The notes below the pieces were generated by a model. It did not search any database and was not told where the DNA came from. It worked only from the letters and a program-made list of their open reading frames with translations. The translations under genes were made by a program, and so were the position numbers. Source: Octopus vulgaris (taxonomy: Eukaryota). From it: a stretch of 64,000 nt of DNA. Below are positions 28,053 to 40,488 of this stretch, one piece after another (within the stretch, counting starts at the first letter, position 1; each line of letters opens with the position of its first letter). The stretch spans positions 91,512,001 to 91,576,000 of the forward strand of contig OX597819.1 in the NCBI GenBank assembly GCA_951406725.2. The letters run 5' to 3'.

Positions 28053-29304
28053 ATGGCGAGCTACACAAAAACCGCTGCGGCGAGAACGGCCGCGCCTTTG
28101 GAGGCCAAACAAATAAACATCGACATGGATGAAATTTTAAAAAGCGAAGAATTGATAAAGAAGAAGGGAGATACTACTAAGTTGATCCCTCCTCAAAAAA
28201 TTGTAAAAGGTAAAAGTTCAAAGACGGTGGTGTACCGAACGCAAACGGTCGCCACCGACAAGATAGAGAGAGTGACGGAGGAAGATATAGAAGAATGCCT
28301 GGGAGACATTGTAAAGAAGACAACATACAACGGCAGAGGAAGAAGGTTCGGCACGGTGGAGGCGAGGTTTGCCACAAAGGAAGATGCGGCCTCACATTTC
28401 ACCACCATTCTGAGAACAGAGAAGGTGGGGCTGTTACCCAGTTACAGGGCAAGGCGCAGTGTTCGAATCAGGATACCTAGAGTACCACCAGAAATTAAAA
28501 CGGAGTGGTTGGTTACAGCTATTCTGGCTGCAGCCGATGATGACCCAGAACTGGGACCTGTTGGAGAGACGAAAAAGTTGAACTGATGGGGACTTGGAGT
28601 TGAAATGTGGCTTTTCGCCACATTTGAAGATATCGAGAAGATCCCCTACCAGATTAAAATTGAGGAGGAGAAAACGTTGAATGTGGTCGTGGAGAGACGG
28701 AGGCCGAAATGCTATATATGCGGCATGAGGGGTCGCATGAAGGCTCAGTGTCCCTTGTTTGAGTACACGCATAGCGAGAAGGAGAGGGAGACGGAGGAGA
28801 AATTATATACAAGGAAAGATAAAAACGAGGAGGATTGTACCCAGGAAGCTAAAGAGAAGGAAGGGTGTGAGGTGAAAGAAACAAAGGAGAGGAGTGACGG
28901 ATCTGTCACCCACCACCCACCAAAAATGTAAGAGAACAAAGGCAAGGGAGAATTCAGTAGAACCAAAGAAAGGTAAGGAAAATTTTGAAGCCAAAAATAT
29001 GCAAGAGAGAGAGAGGAAAAAAACAAGAGAACAATGTAAATACAAGGGTTCCATGGTTGTCTATGAGAAGAGTATGGATGCAGAGAGAAAAATTGCGAAA
29101 CGGAAGGGACTGGTGAGAGTGAAACTGTCAGAAGAAGAATTTGATGCGGATAATAGGGGTATTATGACACCCGAGGAAAAGTTTGAGAGATTTATGGATG
29201 GATTTTTTGGACATATGAAAGTGATAAAAGGGTATTGGTTGTATAAGACTCCACCTTTAGTTGTTGATTACGATGTGTTAAAAAGAATGGAGTTACCAAA
29301 GTAA
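28053..29304 (+). mobile_element. Decayed gag-like/ORF1 element of a non-LTR retrotransposon (no ORF2 seen)
   Basis: Frame from ATG 28053 continues through a TGA (28584) to a CYICGMRGRMKAQC zinc knuckle (CCHC with H->R); then a frameshifted K/E-rich C-terminus; preceded by (GA)n. Confidence 0.65.
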
Positions 29305-29915
29305 AGGAATTTTAATGTAAAAAAAGTAAGACTGGAAAATAATATAATAATGTGACTGTGAAAGAAAAAAAAAAAAGGACTGTGAAAAATAATGTAAATA
29401 TATAGACTTTGTTTACGAAATGAGAAAAGACTAGTAAAAAATGTAACCACTCGACTTCGGTGGTCGAGAGGGCATTGCGCCTCATTTTCATTCTTTCATA
29501 TTATCATTCGTTTCTTTTATTTTTTTATTTTTGTTTCATCTTCTTTATGTAAATTTTTAGTTCCCCGAGTTTATGTTTTGGCTTGTTTTGTATTGCCTTT
29601 ACGTTTTGTTATCGCTGAGAAGCTTTCTTTATATAGCTTGTATAGGTAATAAAAAGAATAGACTGCTTGCTCAGTACTGCCAGCAGTATTCATTTGTGAG
29701 TTGCGATTTGCCTCTGTTTTCACATGAGAGCCCTTTTTCATATAATTGTTCTAACTTAAATTAGCCACTTCAAAACTCTTACCCAAAATTAAAAATCCTT
29801 AATTCGGCCTGTTTGATTAACATTGCCAACTACATTTTACTATTTTTTGGGTGCTACACATTCACTGCTTTTTCCTTAAGACTTTTTCTATTGCGTAAAT
29901 TGATAATTTTCCACC

Positions 29916-30804
29916 ATGCCTCGACGCAAAAGATGCAATATCGGTCGGCAAACAAATGCTGCAAAGAAAAGTAAACGTATGCGTGCAAATGAATCTGCAG
30001 AGGACACCGCCAGGAGGAACTCTCTCAATGTACATAAGATGGCTTTAGTGCTAAGAAGGGAAAGTGAAGAGCAGCATTGTGATCGGTTAGCACGTATTGT
30101 AGCACAACGAGCCGCCCAGAGCAACGAGCAACGTTCAGCACGCCGAACAAGAGATGCTTCCTCAACTGTTGCTGCACGAGCTGCAGAGACTGCAGCACAA
30201 CACGCAGTTCGACTTACAAAAGATACTGCAGCAACTGCTGCTGCGCGCGCTACGGAGACTACAGGGGAAAGACAACAACGACTGGAGGCTACAACTCAGC
30301 AAAGGGCTGCACGACGTTCCTACTCAAGGCCAGGCTCCTCGCGTTGGTCAATGACAGCATTCAACTACGATCCTACAATTGACTACAGTAATCACCCTGA
30401 CGTTCAAATAGGCTGCATGTCCACAATCTGCCAATTTTGCGGAGCTAAAAAGTAGCCTGGAGAAACTCCCGACACATGCTGCTCCAACGGTAAGGTTACA
30501 GTACCTCTTCTACAAGATCCTCCGCCCCTTTTGATTGATCTTCTGACAGGGGCGTCTCCTTATTCTCATGACTTTCTCAAGCGGATCTGTGCCTACAACT
30601 GCGCATTCCAAATTACTTCCTTCGGTGCCAACATCATACGAGAATGGCATTTCATGCCTTCCTTTAAAGTACAGGGGTAGATTTACCATAGAATTGGTTC
30701 CCTGCAGCCGCATGACGCTGCCTCGGCTCAGTTTCTTCAGCTCTACTTCGTGGGAGACTATGCTGACTAGGTATACTTAACAAACAGCCGGGTACGCCTG
30801 CTAG
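29916..30804 (+). mobile_element. Internally deleted Helitron (Rep/helicase N-terminal pseudogene + 3' CTAG end)
   Basis: MPRRKR..., AFNYDPTIDY..HPDVQIGCMSTICQFCGAKK*PGETPDTCCSNGKV, YNCAFQITSFGA, FMPSFKVQG*IYHRIGSL and AQFLQLYF in one frame with two TAG stops; ends ccgggtacgcctgCTAG|T. Confidence 0.88.
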
Positions 30805-31869
30805 TATTAATAAAAGTGAAGTTCAATCTTGCTTGCAATGTTAGACAACCAAACTGGTGCATAATGGGAAAATACTATGAATTAAGTCGCTCCTGAAATG
30901 TTAATACGAACGGAATAAAACAAATCTCGCGTAAATCGAATAGTAGCTACTGAGATATTCGGGGTCTGGGGATATAAATACCAAAAACGGTGCATAATGA
31001 GAAAATATTCCGAATATAACTTCATCCTGAAAGGGAAGAAAGACACTGTCGATTAGACACTGACTTAACAACGAAAAAATACAATTTGTTTTTTACAGTA
31101 AATGTTTCTATTTTCGCTTTTGTTAAACACAATATTTTAATCATCTAGAAATATTAAGTGAATGCGATTTAAAAAATGTAAGTTGTTTGTAAAGTAAGTA
31201 TTTATATTTTAGCTTTCTTTAAGCAGTCAATATTTTAATGTTAAAAATTATTTTCACGTGAATACTATTACAAAAAATTTTTTAGCATATTAATAAAAAA
31301 TATTTTAAAATGAAAATGACTTTAAAAACGGTAGATATTTCGTAAAAGACCCGTTCGTAACCTCGGTGTGAAATAATTTTTTTCCATGGGATTTTTTGAG
31401 TGCATTCAGCGTATCTCACCTTCAAATATTCGGCTGCTATTTCTAGCACGCCTTGCTACCACAGCTATTTACGATAAAGGACTCAAAATACTTGTTACGT
31501 GGTAGGAGGGCGTGCAAGAAATAGCAGTCAAATCTTTTGTTTTCTGGGTAAAGGAGCCGTTTACACGTGATTTCAATGTCACATTCGCTGAAAGCATGCG
31601 AAATAACTTGGGAAAGAAAAAAAAACACGAAACAAAACTCCGTTGCGGGGAAACTCATTCCCGGTGACCCAACGGGTCACGAGTAGTCTTTTAAAAAATT
31701 AATTCAGCCATTCACCCAGTTTACCAATTATAGCAATTTGTGATATATCCTGTTTGGCTGTTGAAAGACTTGGAAAAGTCAATATATCTATGTTTGTGTG
31801 TGTAAAAGCGAGTTTGCGTGTGTGTGTGTGAGAGAGAGAGAAAGTATGCACATATATAGTATATTATTC

Positions 31870-32280
31870 CTCTTTTACTTGTTTCAGTCATTTGACTGCG
31901 GCCATGCTGGAGCACCGCCTTTAGTCGAGCAAATCGACCCCAGGACTTATTCTTTGGAAGCCTAGTACTTATTCTATCGGTCTCTTTCACCGAACCGCTA
32001 AGTTACGGGGACGTAAACACACCAGCAGCGGTTGTCAAATGATGTTGGGGAGACCAACACAAACACTCAAATATACACACACACACACATACATACATAT
32101 ATATATACATAAATACGACGGGCTTCTTTCAGTTTCCGTCTATCAAGTCCACTCACAAGGCTTTGGTCGGCCCAAGGCTATAGTAGAAGACACTTGCCCA
32201 AGGTGCCACGTAGCGGGACTGAACCCGGAACCATGTAGTTGGTAAGCAAGCTTCTTACCACACAACCACTCCTACGCCTA
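31870..32280 (-). mobile_element. tRNA-derived SINE family A
   Basis: Same family; CpGs retained. Confidence 0.85.
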
Positions 32281-32915
32281 CGTAACTCTGATTCACTCTC
32301 TATTTAAAAATGGAACTGGTAACTTCCTCTATTTCTTGCCATGGATTATAATCGAACTCTCATTTGAAACTGCTAACAGACCTTACCTATAACTTCATTA
32401 TTTATTTGACCATGGAACTACGTAACGGACACTATTTTATTCTGATTCGTTTTGACAAACTAGAAAATACTAATATCCTCGATTGGGGATATTTTTTTCA
32501 TTTTTACATTTCTCTGACTTATCCTTCTCTGATGACGATATACTCAGCTCATGGAATCCTCATTCAATATCATGATCCACACGATTGGCTATTCTAGAAA
32601 TAGCTGTAAGAGACTCTATATGCTTGTATCCTCTGTATAAATTAGATATTTTTTTCCGAGTGATGCCAAATATTTTGTTTTTCATTTTTACTTTAATCTA
32701 TATCCGCCTGCTCAAGGAGGAACCACTTCTAGTCGCCTCAGATAGGCAGTTTCAATATCATCCTTTTCAGCTGCAGTTCAAACCGGAGTTCTAGTGGCAA
32801 TCTAAATTGAGTACTTATAGTACATACCTATTATATTACATCAGTTGACGAAAACTCTTCGCACGCACATTTTTAAGTATTTATCTCTTTTCTTTCTTTC
32901 ATCCCCCTCTCTCAT

Positions 32916-32960
<45 letters not shown>

Positions 32961-32967
<7 letters not shown>

Positions 32968-33184
32968 TAAAAAATGGAGTTAACGCAGGTTTAAACAAGT
33001 ATTTTTACTTTCTACATATGTTTCAAAAATTCCACTGATACTTATTCAAAAGAATAAAAGGTATAAACAATGCAATCTTTATACCTTTTATTCTTTTGAA
33101 TAAGTATCAGTGGAATTTTTGAAACATATGTAGAAAGTAAAAATACTTGTTTAAACCTGCGTTAACTCCATTTTTTATTCATAT
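32961..33184. repeat. Perfect palindrome (107-bp arms, 10-nt spacer)
   Basis: 32961-33067 is the reverse complement of 33078-33184; adjacent to (TA)n. Confidence 0.92.
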
Positions 33185-33325
33185 TATTCAAATATTCAAC
33201 GTAAATACGAAGTTTCAACCTTTATAAACAAGGAGTTACAACATCTTTACTTGTGAGATTTTTGCTGCCCTGGTAACTATTCATTCATTTATCCGTGTTA
33301 ATTGTTAACAAGGTAAAATACACTC

Positions 33326-33387
<62 letters not shown>

Positions 33388-33395
<8 letters not shown>

Positions 33396-33674
33396 ATATT
33401 TCGGAATGGTCATATTGCCAGTTTAGCCAATAAAAACACACGCACTATATATTTGGTGTTATTTTGCTTCAGTAAGGAGAGACACAAGTAAGTGAGAAGA
33501 AAACAAAGGACCACTGATGCGGTCACAGGAGTGTGACGAAAGAACTTTGGCCGAAATAAGATTAAGATTAATGTAAAAAATAAATATCACTGAAGCAAAA
33601 TAACACCAAATATATAGTGCGTGTGTTTTTATTGGCTAAACTGGCAATATGACCATTCCGAAATATAACAATAT
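33388..33674. repeat. Inverted repeat (86-bp arms, 115-bp spacer)
   Basis: 33388-33473 is the reverse complement of 33589-33674; flanked by (TA)n. Confidence 0.9.
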
Positions 33675-33727
33675 CTGTTTCAACACACGACTTCACATAA
33701 AAAATCTTGCACAACAAATATTTAAAC

Positions 33728-33775
<48 letters not shown>

Positions 33776-33787
33776 ATATACATATAT

Positions 33788-33819
<32 letters not shown>

Positions 33820-34623
33820 GGAGAGAGAGAGAGAGAGATAGCTATATAAGAAAAGAAAATGTGTTATTCTTCTTACATTGCAGCTCGTAAATTCTAACGT
33901 ATATGAACTTATTACGATCAAATAATTTCAAGATTAAGGATTCCAAGGTCCGGTTTTATATTCAAATCACTTCAAAATACATTATTAAACACTTCAAAGT
34001 CCACAATTATAAAAAATATATCAATATATATAATAACTCTACGTTTCTTTTTGTAAAAATATACTTTCACTGTGCGTAAAACTTTAACACTTGAAGTTGC
34101 TCAATTTGTTTCAATTCATAAGATTTATACTTTTTAAATCATTCCACACGAGCTGGAGTCACTCTGTTTATTTTTTGCATTAATATCATAATGTTTAATT
34201 TGTTTTTAAAATTATCTGATGGCGCCTCTTCTCTCTTGATATAACAGCATATCTACATCGCTGTTCTGTTTGTTTTTTGCATTTGAAAGTCCAGTCAGTT
34301 GTCTTATTTTATCTTACATACAATAAAATGCCATGAAGTTGTCACGCTGGCCGATGAAGTCTAAAACAACAAACGGAGTGGGAGTGGCCGACAGTAAGAG
34401 ATAATGAATTAAATTGGACTTTAATGAGATGCCTTGTGCTGAAATAATCGGTATTTTAATAAAAAAACTTTTATCGTAAATTATATTAATTTTATCAATT
34501 TCACAAGCTCGCACACGCGCTCATAACACGAAAACACGCACAAACACACATACACACATATTATATATAGATATAGATATAGATATATATTATGCATACA
34601 CAATACACATGCCCACTATAGGG

Positions 34624-34658
<35 letters not shown>

Positions 34659-34740
34659 TATGTACGAAATGAAGTTATCAAACTCTTGTTTTCGAAGTAT
34701 TATCTCTTACGTAACAATTATAAATTTTAAAAATATATAT

Positions 34741-35144
34741 AGGAGTGGCTGTGTGGTAAGTAGCTTGCTAACCAACCACATCGTTCCGGGTTCAGTCCCA
34801 CTGCGTGGCATCTTGGGCAAGTGTCTTCTGCTATAGCCCCGGGCCGACCAATGCCTTGTGAGTGGATTTGGTAGACGGAAACTGAAAGAAGCCTGTCGTA
34901 TATATGTATATATATATAAGTGTGTGCGTATATGTTTGTGTGTCTGTGTTTGTTCCCCTAGCATTGCTTGACAACCGATGCTGGTGTGTTTACGTCCCCG
35001 TCACTTAGCGGTTCGGCAAAAGAGACCGATAAAATAAGTACTGGGCTTACAAAGAATAAGTCCCGGGGTCGATTTGCTCGACTAAAGGCGTTGCTCCAGC
35101 ATGGTCGCAGTCAAATGACTGAAACAAGTAAAAGAGTAAAAGAG

Positions 35145-35146
<2 letters not shown>
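34741..35146 (+). mobile_element. tRNA-derived SINE family A (central microsatellite, AAAAGAGT tail)
   Basis: A/B boxes ggctgtgtggtaag / gggttcagtccc. Further copies at ~3734-4108(-), 5505-5990(+), 9508-9900(-), 13093-13485(-), 31870-32280(-), 54940-55280(-) and 62012-62357(-). Confidence 0.88.
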
Positions 35147-35196
<50 letters not shown>

Positions 35197-35225
35197 TTTT
35201 GCAAAATAGTGGTTTTGTCTCTAAA

Positions 35226-35277
<52 letters not shown>

Positions 35278-35315
35278 ACGTTATGATCAAAACTAGTTAA
35301 AGGATACACCTTTAA

Positions 35316-35960
35316 AGGATCTTTTTGGTTTGAACGGCAGTTTTTAACATAAATTCTAGGTAACTAAAAATTTTAAATTTCGTATACTGGTAGAATGTGT
35401 TTTTAAAACATCTTTTTTCTCTTGGCTTTATTGAGTAAATTCTATAGTTTGTAAGATATTTGGTCTTTAATTTCTTGCATTTCAGCAATTTCAACCAATC
35501 AGTGACCGTCTATTGAGGTGAAAACATTCTATGCCATATGAATATGTCCCTCGTTTAAGAAACAGATTGGGTTTATTTACATTTGTGAAGAAAAAAGATA
35601 CCCTTCCTCCCATCCCTAACCCTAACTAATCCTAAATCTAAAATAGATTGAAATGCAATAGATCGATACTAGGGTCATAATTATGGGTGACAGTTTCATA
35701 TGACACCGTCAGAAAAACTGCCGAGGGGCATATTCATACAGCACAGAATGCTTTTTAACTCAATAGACGCCAGTGATTGGTTGAAATTGCAGAAATTGAA
35801 GAAATTAAAGACCAAATATCTTACAGATTATAGAATTTTCTCAATAAAGCCAAGAGAAAAAGATGTTTTATAAACACATTTTACCAGTATACGAAGTTTA
35901 AAACTTTTTAGTTACCTAGAAATTGTTTTAAAAACTGCCGTTCAAACCGAAAAGACCCCT
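35316..35960. mobile_element. TTAA-flanked MITE with ~200-bp TIRs (Kolobok-like AGG...CCT ends)
   Basis: TTAA|AGGATCTTTTTGGTTTGAACGGCAG...CTGCCGTTCAAACCGAAAAGACCCCT|TTAA; a related arm fragment lies at ~41075-41280. Confidence 0.82.
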
Positions 35961-37159
35961 TTAAAAATAGATTTGTTTCATTGATCCTTTCAAATAATGG
36001 TCTTAAGCATACGATAAACAAGATAAACAAAATAAATGAATTCAATATAAATTCATCCTATTATAAAAAATCAAGAAAAAAAATTAAATCGAAGAGTGGA
36101 TTCAAAATACATATTGTCAATAATTATATATGAAATACAATTCGATTAATACATTAAAAATTAAAATATTTTACAACAGTATATACGCATACCAAACCAT
36201 CAATATGCATATATACATCAAAATACACAGATGGATATACACAGACCACATACATATGCAAACATATATATGTAAGACGTAAATATACACACAAATACGT
36301 GCACTTACATATACACATAGTTTTACATGTTTCAGTCACTGGACTTCGAACTGGATACAGTTTTAATTGATCAAGATATTTCTGCTCATTACATCAATTA
36401 TGTTAGCAAGAATTAAGTTTGTACTTCATGCAAAAAAAAAACCTTGGAGAATGTTCTCTAAATTGAATTGGCCTGGGAAATTTTTCTCGTGTCCTATTCA
36501 GTGATATTTTTCAACAGTAGTGCGTATATTCTCAGTTATTTTAGAGACGCATACTTCGCTACATGGCCGAAATATAGATACAAGACATGAAATTTTGCAG
36601 GAGGGATTAGTAGATTACATCGACCTCAATGCTCAGCTGGAACTTATTTTATCGGCGCCGAGAGGATAAAAGTCAAAGTCGACCTTGGCGAAATTTGAAC
36701 TCAGAACGTAAAGCCAGAAGAAATACAAATAAGAACTTGTCCCGTGTGCTAATGATTCAGCCAGCTCGGTCCCCGTTCAGTTTTAAATCAAGTCTATTTC
36801 AAGTTACCTCCCATAGCTTTAACAGGCCTACTTGTTAGTTCTGTATATTTTGGTAATGATAAATGTTAACTGATGGATTGTTTTTGTTAGGGGTTGTTTA
36901 TATCAGTGCTTCTCAAACTATTTGATGTGGCGTACCAAATGTTAAAGTTTTACGCTGAAGCAGTCCTTCCTGCAAAAGGAATTAAATACAATTCTTTTGC
37001 AGAGGGGTAAAACAAGGAAAGAAAAAAAAAGTGACAAGAACAGGACGTAAAAGCAATACAAATAAAGAAAAAACTGTCTATTTATTTTGTGTGAGTGTGT
37101 GTGTTTGTATATAAAATATATACATACATATATGTAGATACTGACATATATATGTATAT

Positions 37160-37265
<106 letters not shown>

Positions 37266-37938
37266 ATATGGGTACAGGACGTCACAAAACATAAACAGCA
37301 TGAAATACGAAAACATGAAATCTGAAATACGAAAAACAATATGAAATATTAAGACAAACTTTTTTTGCGAACAACGAAAGAAACAAATGGAAAACAAGAC
37401 AAGTAACATAAAGAACGACCCTTCATCAGTTGTCAGCTCTTTATCTACTCCACATTACAAATTACATACAAACTCTAGTAAAGTTGTATTTATAGGGGAC
37501 CACTTACGTGATTATCGTAAAATGTAATAAATGTGATATTGAGCTATATTGCGTATTGAAGAAAAGTTTTTTTTGTTTTTAATGATTATTTCCTCGATAT
37601 ATTTTGTTTATGGCGAAAATATTATTATGTTTTCACTAAAGAGGAATTCTAAAAAAAAAAAAAAAAGGAAAAATATGAAATTTATATCATACTAGCAGAG
37701 ATACCCTGTCTTGTTCGGGATTAAAATGGCATAGTTTTTTTAATGTTTTACTTGTTTCAGTCATGTTACTGCGGCCATGCTGGAAAAAAAATCAACTACA
37801 GGATTTATTCTTTGTAAGCCTAGTACTTATTCTAACAGTGTATTTTGCTGAACTGCAAATCTGTGGGAATGTAAACACCGCAACAACAGTTGTCAATCAA
37901 TGGTGGGGTTATAAACATACACACACAAACACAAATAT

Positions 37939-37974
<36 letters not shown>

Positions 37975-38029
37975 GACAGACTCCTTTCAGTTTCCGAGTA
38001 CAAAACCCACTCACAAAACTGAGGCTATA

Positions 38030-38067
38030 ATATATATATATATATATATGTGTGTGTGATGCGTGTT

Positions 38068-38099
<32 letters not shown>

Positions 38100-38209
38100 A
38101 TTGTTTTTATATATATATATATATGTGTGTGTGATGCGTGTTTATATATATATATATATGTGTGTGTGATGCGTGTTTATATATATATATATATGTGTGT
38201 GTGATGCGT

Positions 38210-38249
<40 letters not shown>

Positions 38250-38303
38250 ATGTGTGTGTGTGTGTGATGCGTGTTTATATATATATATATATATATGTGT
38301 GTA
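38030..38303. repeat. Minisatellite built from (TA)n(TG)n + ATGCGTGTTT units
   Basis: About six units of variable length, most punctuated by gatgcgtgttt. Confidence 0.85.
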
Positions 38304-38326
38304 TAAATAAAGAGTTATTTCCCTTG

Positions 38327-38586
38327 CAATGGTTTACTATCTTTAGATTAAACTGCTGGAGTGAGTCACGTCCCTTGTATTAAAGACTTTTGTTACCTGA
38401 AACATAAGGGGTAGGTTTATCGATTTTTTAAATGGCTTTGCGGGGTGACTGGGGAAATGTAAAGATGTGCACGACCACCCTTGGATGGTTTTGAATGACC
38501 ATAGAAAGTGCGAGCCCTCTAACTGAAAAATTGTGGATTTATATAAAGGATACACACAGACATTTTGCCGTTTATATATATAGAGA
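38327..38586 (-). mobile_element. 3'-truncated non-autonomous Helitron
   Basis: 5' end TCTCTATATATATAAACGGCAAAATGTCTGTGTG resembles the 40103 element; no CTAG end visible. Confidence 0.6.
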
Positions 38587-39037
38587 TTATCGGACATGTC
38601 TCCGAAACGGCCCGTTGATGGAACATTATCTTTGTGTATTAGTATGTCATGTTTATGTTGTGTAATTTCAAATTTTCCACCGGACTCTGTGTAGTAACTT
38701 GTGAATCTTTATTATCTTCTATCTTATCTTGTGAATTAATAATTATTGTGTGAATTATTAATTCAGTAAGTCTTATATTATCTTGATGTTTTATATTTTG
38801 CCTGTGTATTTATATATATGAGCATTTTTGAATATTTTTAAATACCTACGAGTTTTATCTTATATCATATCGACGTTTTATACATTATATCTATCTGTAT
38901 ATCTATTTATGTATTTATATATTTATAATGCCAACGTATTTTTTAAATATTAAAAAAAATATTTTTAGATATTAAATATTTATATGTTCATATACTTGAG
39001 TGTTTTAATGCGTTATTATCTGGAACTTTATAATTGA

Positions 39038-39551
39038 CTAGCAGTATTGCCCGGCGTTGCTCGGGTTTGTAAGGGAAATAACTATATAAGCATTTTTAGA
39101 GAGTTACTTCCCTTATAGATGCCAATTCGGGCTTTCTTAGCCATTTCTGTTTTGGTGTCTTCAAGCCATGAAGTCGTTGTTCTAAAAGAACGCTGGTCTC
39201 CTTGACAACGCTTTACGACGTTGATTTCCTTACACTCCCTTCCCCACAGCTTCACGAGGGAGGGAAGAAGGGGGAGAAGCAAACAGGTGCAGGTGTGACC
39301 ATGGACGCCAACTCCGCCGCCATCGACACACGAAAAAATTATGCATTAAAATGGAATAAAAAATGATGTTAAATTATTTTTAAAATTGTAGACTCATCGT
39401 AGACGCGCGCTAATACTCAGACGGGCTCGATATGAATCACGACTATAAGATACCCGAATTTGGTTAAACTGCACCGCAAAATGTGGGAGTAGTTAGGAAT
39501 CTAAATCGAAGGGGACAGACACTCACACAACTACAGTTTTATATATATAGA
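39038..39551 (-). mobile_element. Non-autonomous Helitron
   Basis: 5' TCTATATATATAAAA; 3' hairpin CCCGAGCAACGCCGGG followed by CTAG|T. Confidence 0.85.
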
Positions 39552-39933
39552 CTAGCAGTATCGCCCGGCGTTGCTCGGGTTTGTAAGGGAAATAACTATA
39601 TAAGCATTTTTAGAGATGCAAAGTATAATAGCCATCTCAATACGGCTAACCACAAAGGGGGGTGTTACTGTAGCTTTTTACGTTCTGAGATTTAATAATA
39701 CATTTTTAGAGAGTTACTTCCCTTATATATGCCAAAAATGCATTAAAAATGGGAAAAAATGATGGTAATTTTTTTTTTAAATCGTAGACGCGCGCTAATA
39801 CCCAGAAGGGCTCGATATGAATCACGACTATAACCCGCTTTTGGTTAAACTGCACCGCAAAATGTGGGAGTAGTTAGGAATCTAAATCGAAGGAGACAGA
39901 CACCACACAACCTCACTTTTATATATATATAGA
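39552..39933 (-). mobile_element. Non-autonomous Helitron (head-to-tail with the previous one)
   Basis: A|TCTATATATATATAAAA 5' end; same hairpin + CTAG 3' end. Confidence 0.85.
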
Positions 39934-40032
39934 TAGATTTATTATTGTCCAATGAAAGTGCACATATATATTGAAAATTCTATTGCATGATAGGCCATGT
40001 TCCTCTAGTTTTCTGCTGGTATTGCCTCTATT

Positions 40033-40076
<44 letters not shown>

Positions 40077-40102
40077 AAAATGTACGTACGCCGCTATATA
40101 TA

Positions 40103-40488
40103 TCTCTCTCTATATAAACGGCAGTTTGTCTGTGCGTGTTTCTGTGTGTCTGTTTGCTTGTACCCTCACCCTGACCACGGCTTTCAACCGATTCTGATGA
40201 AACTTGACACACACATAGCCCAATGTCATAATTCAAAACTAACGCAGCGAAAATTTTGAAAAGTTCCCCCAGTTCTGAAAATAATCGATAAATTCGACAT
40301 GGGGTCGAGAATCAGGAACACAAACCACAAACTGTGTAGGGGACGCAACTCCACCTTTTTTAACTATCAAAAAAAAATTTACCATCATTTTTTTCCATTT
40401 TTTTGCTATTTTTTGGCTATAACTCTCTAAAAAATGCTTTATAGTTATTTCCCTTACAAACCTGAGCAACGCCGGGCGATACTGCTAG
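40103..40488 (+). mobile_element. Non-autonomous Helitron
   Basis: A|TCTCTCTCTATATAAACGGC 5' end; cctgagcaacgccgggcgatactgCTAG|T 3' end. Confidence 0.85.

Noticed and set aside
37415-37450. CTGATGA on the minus strand (also CTGAGGA near 40600) as further hammerheads
   Set aside because: I could not find a correctly placed GAAA, stem III and stem I; probably repeat remnants, but not supportable.
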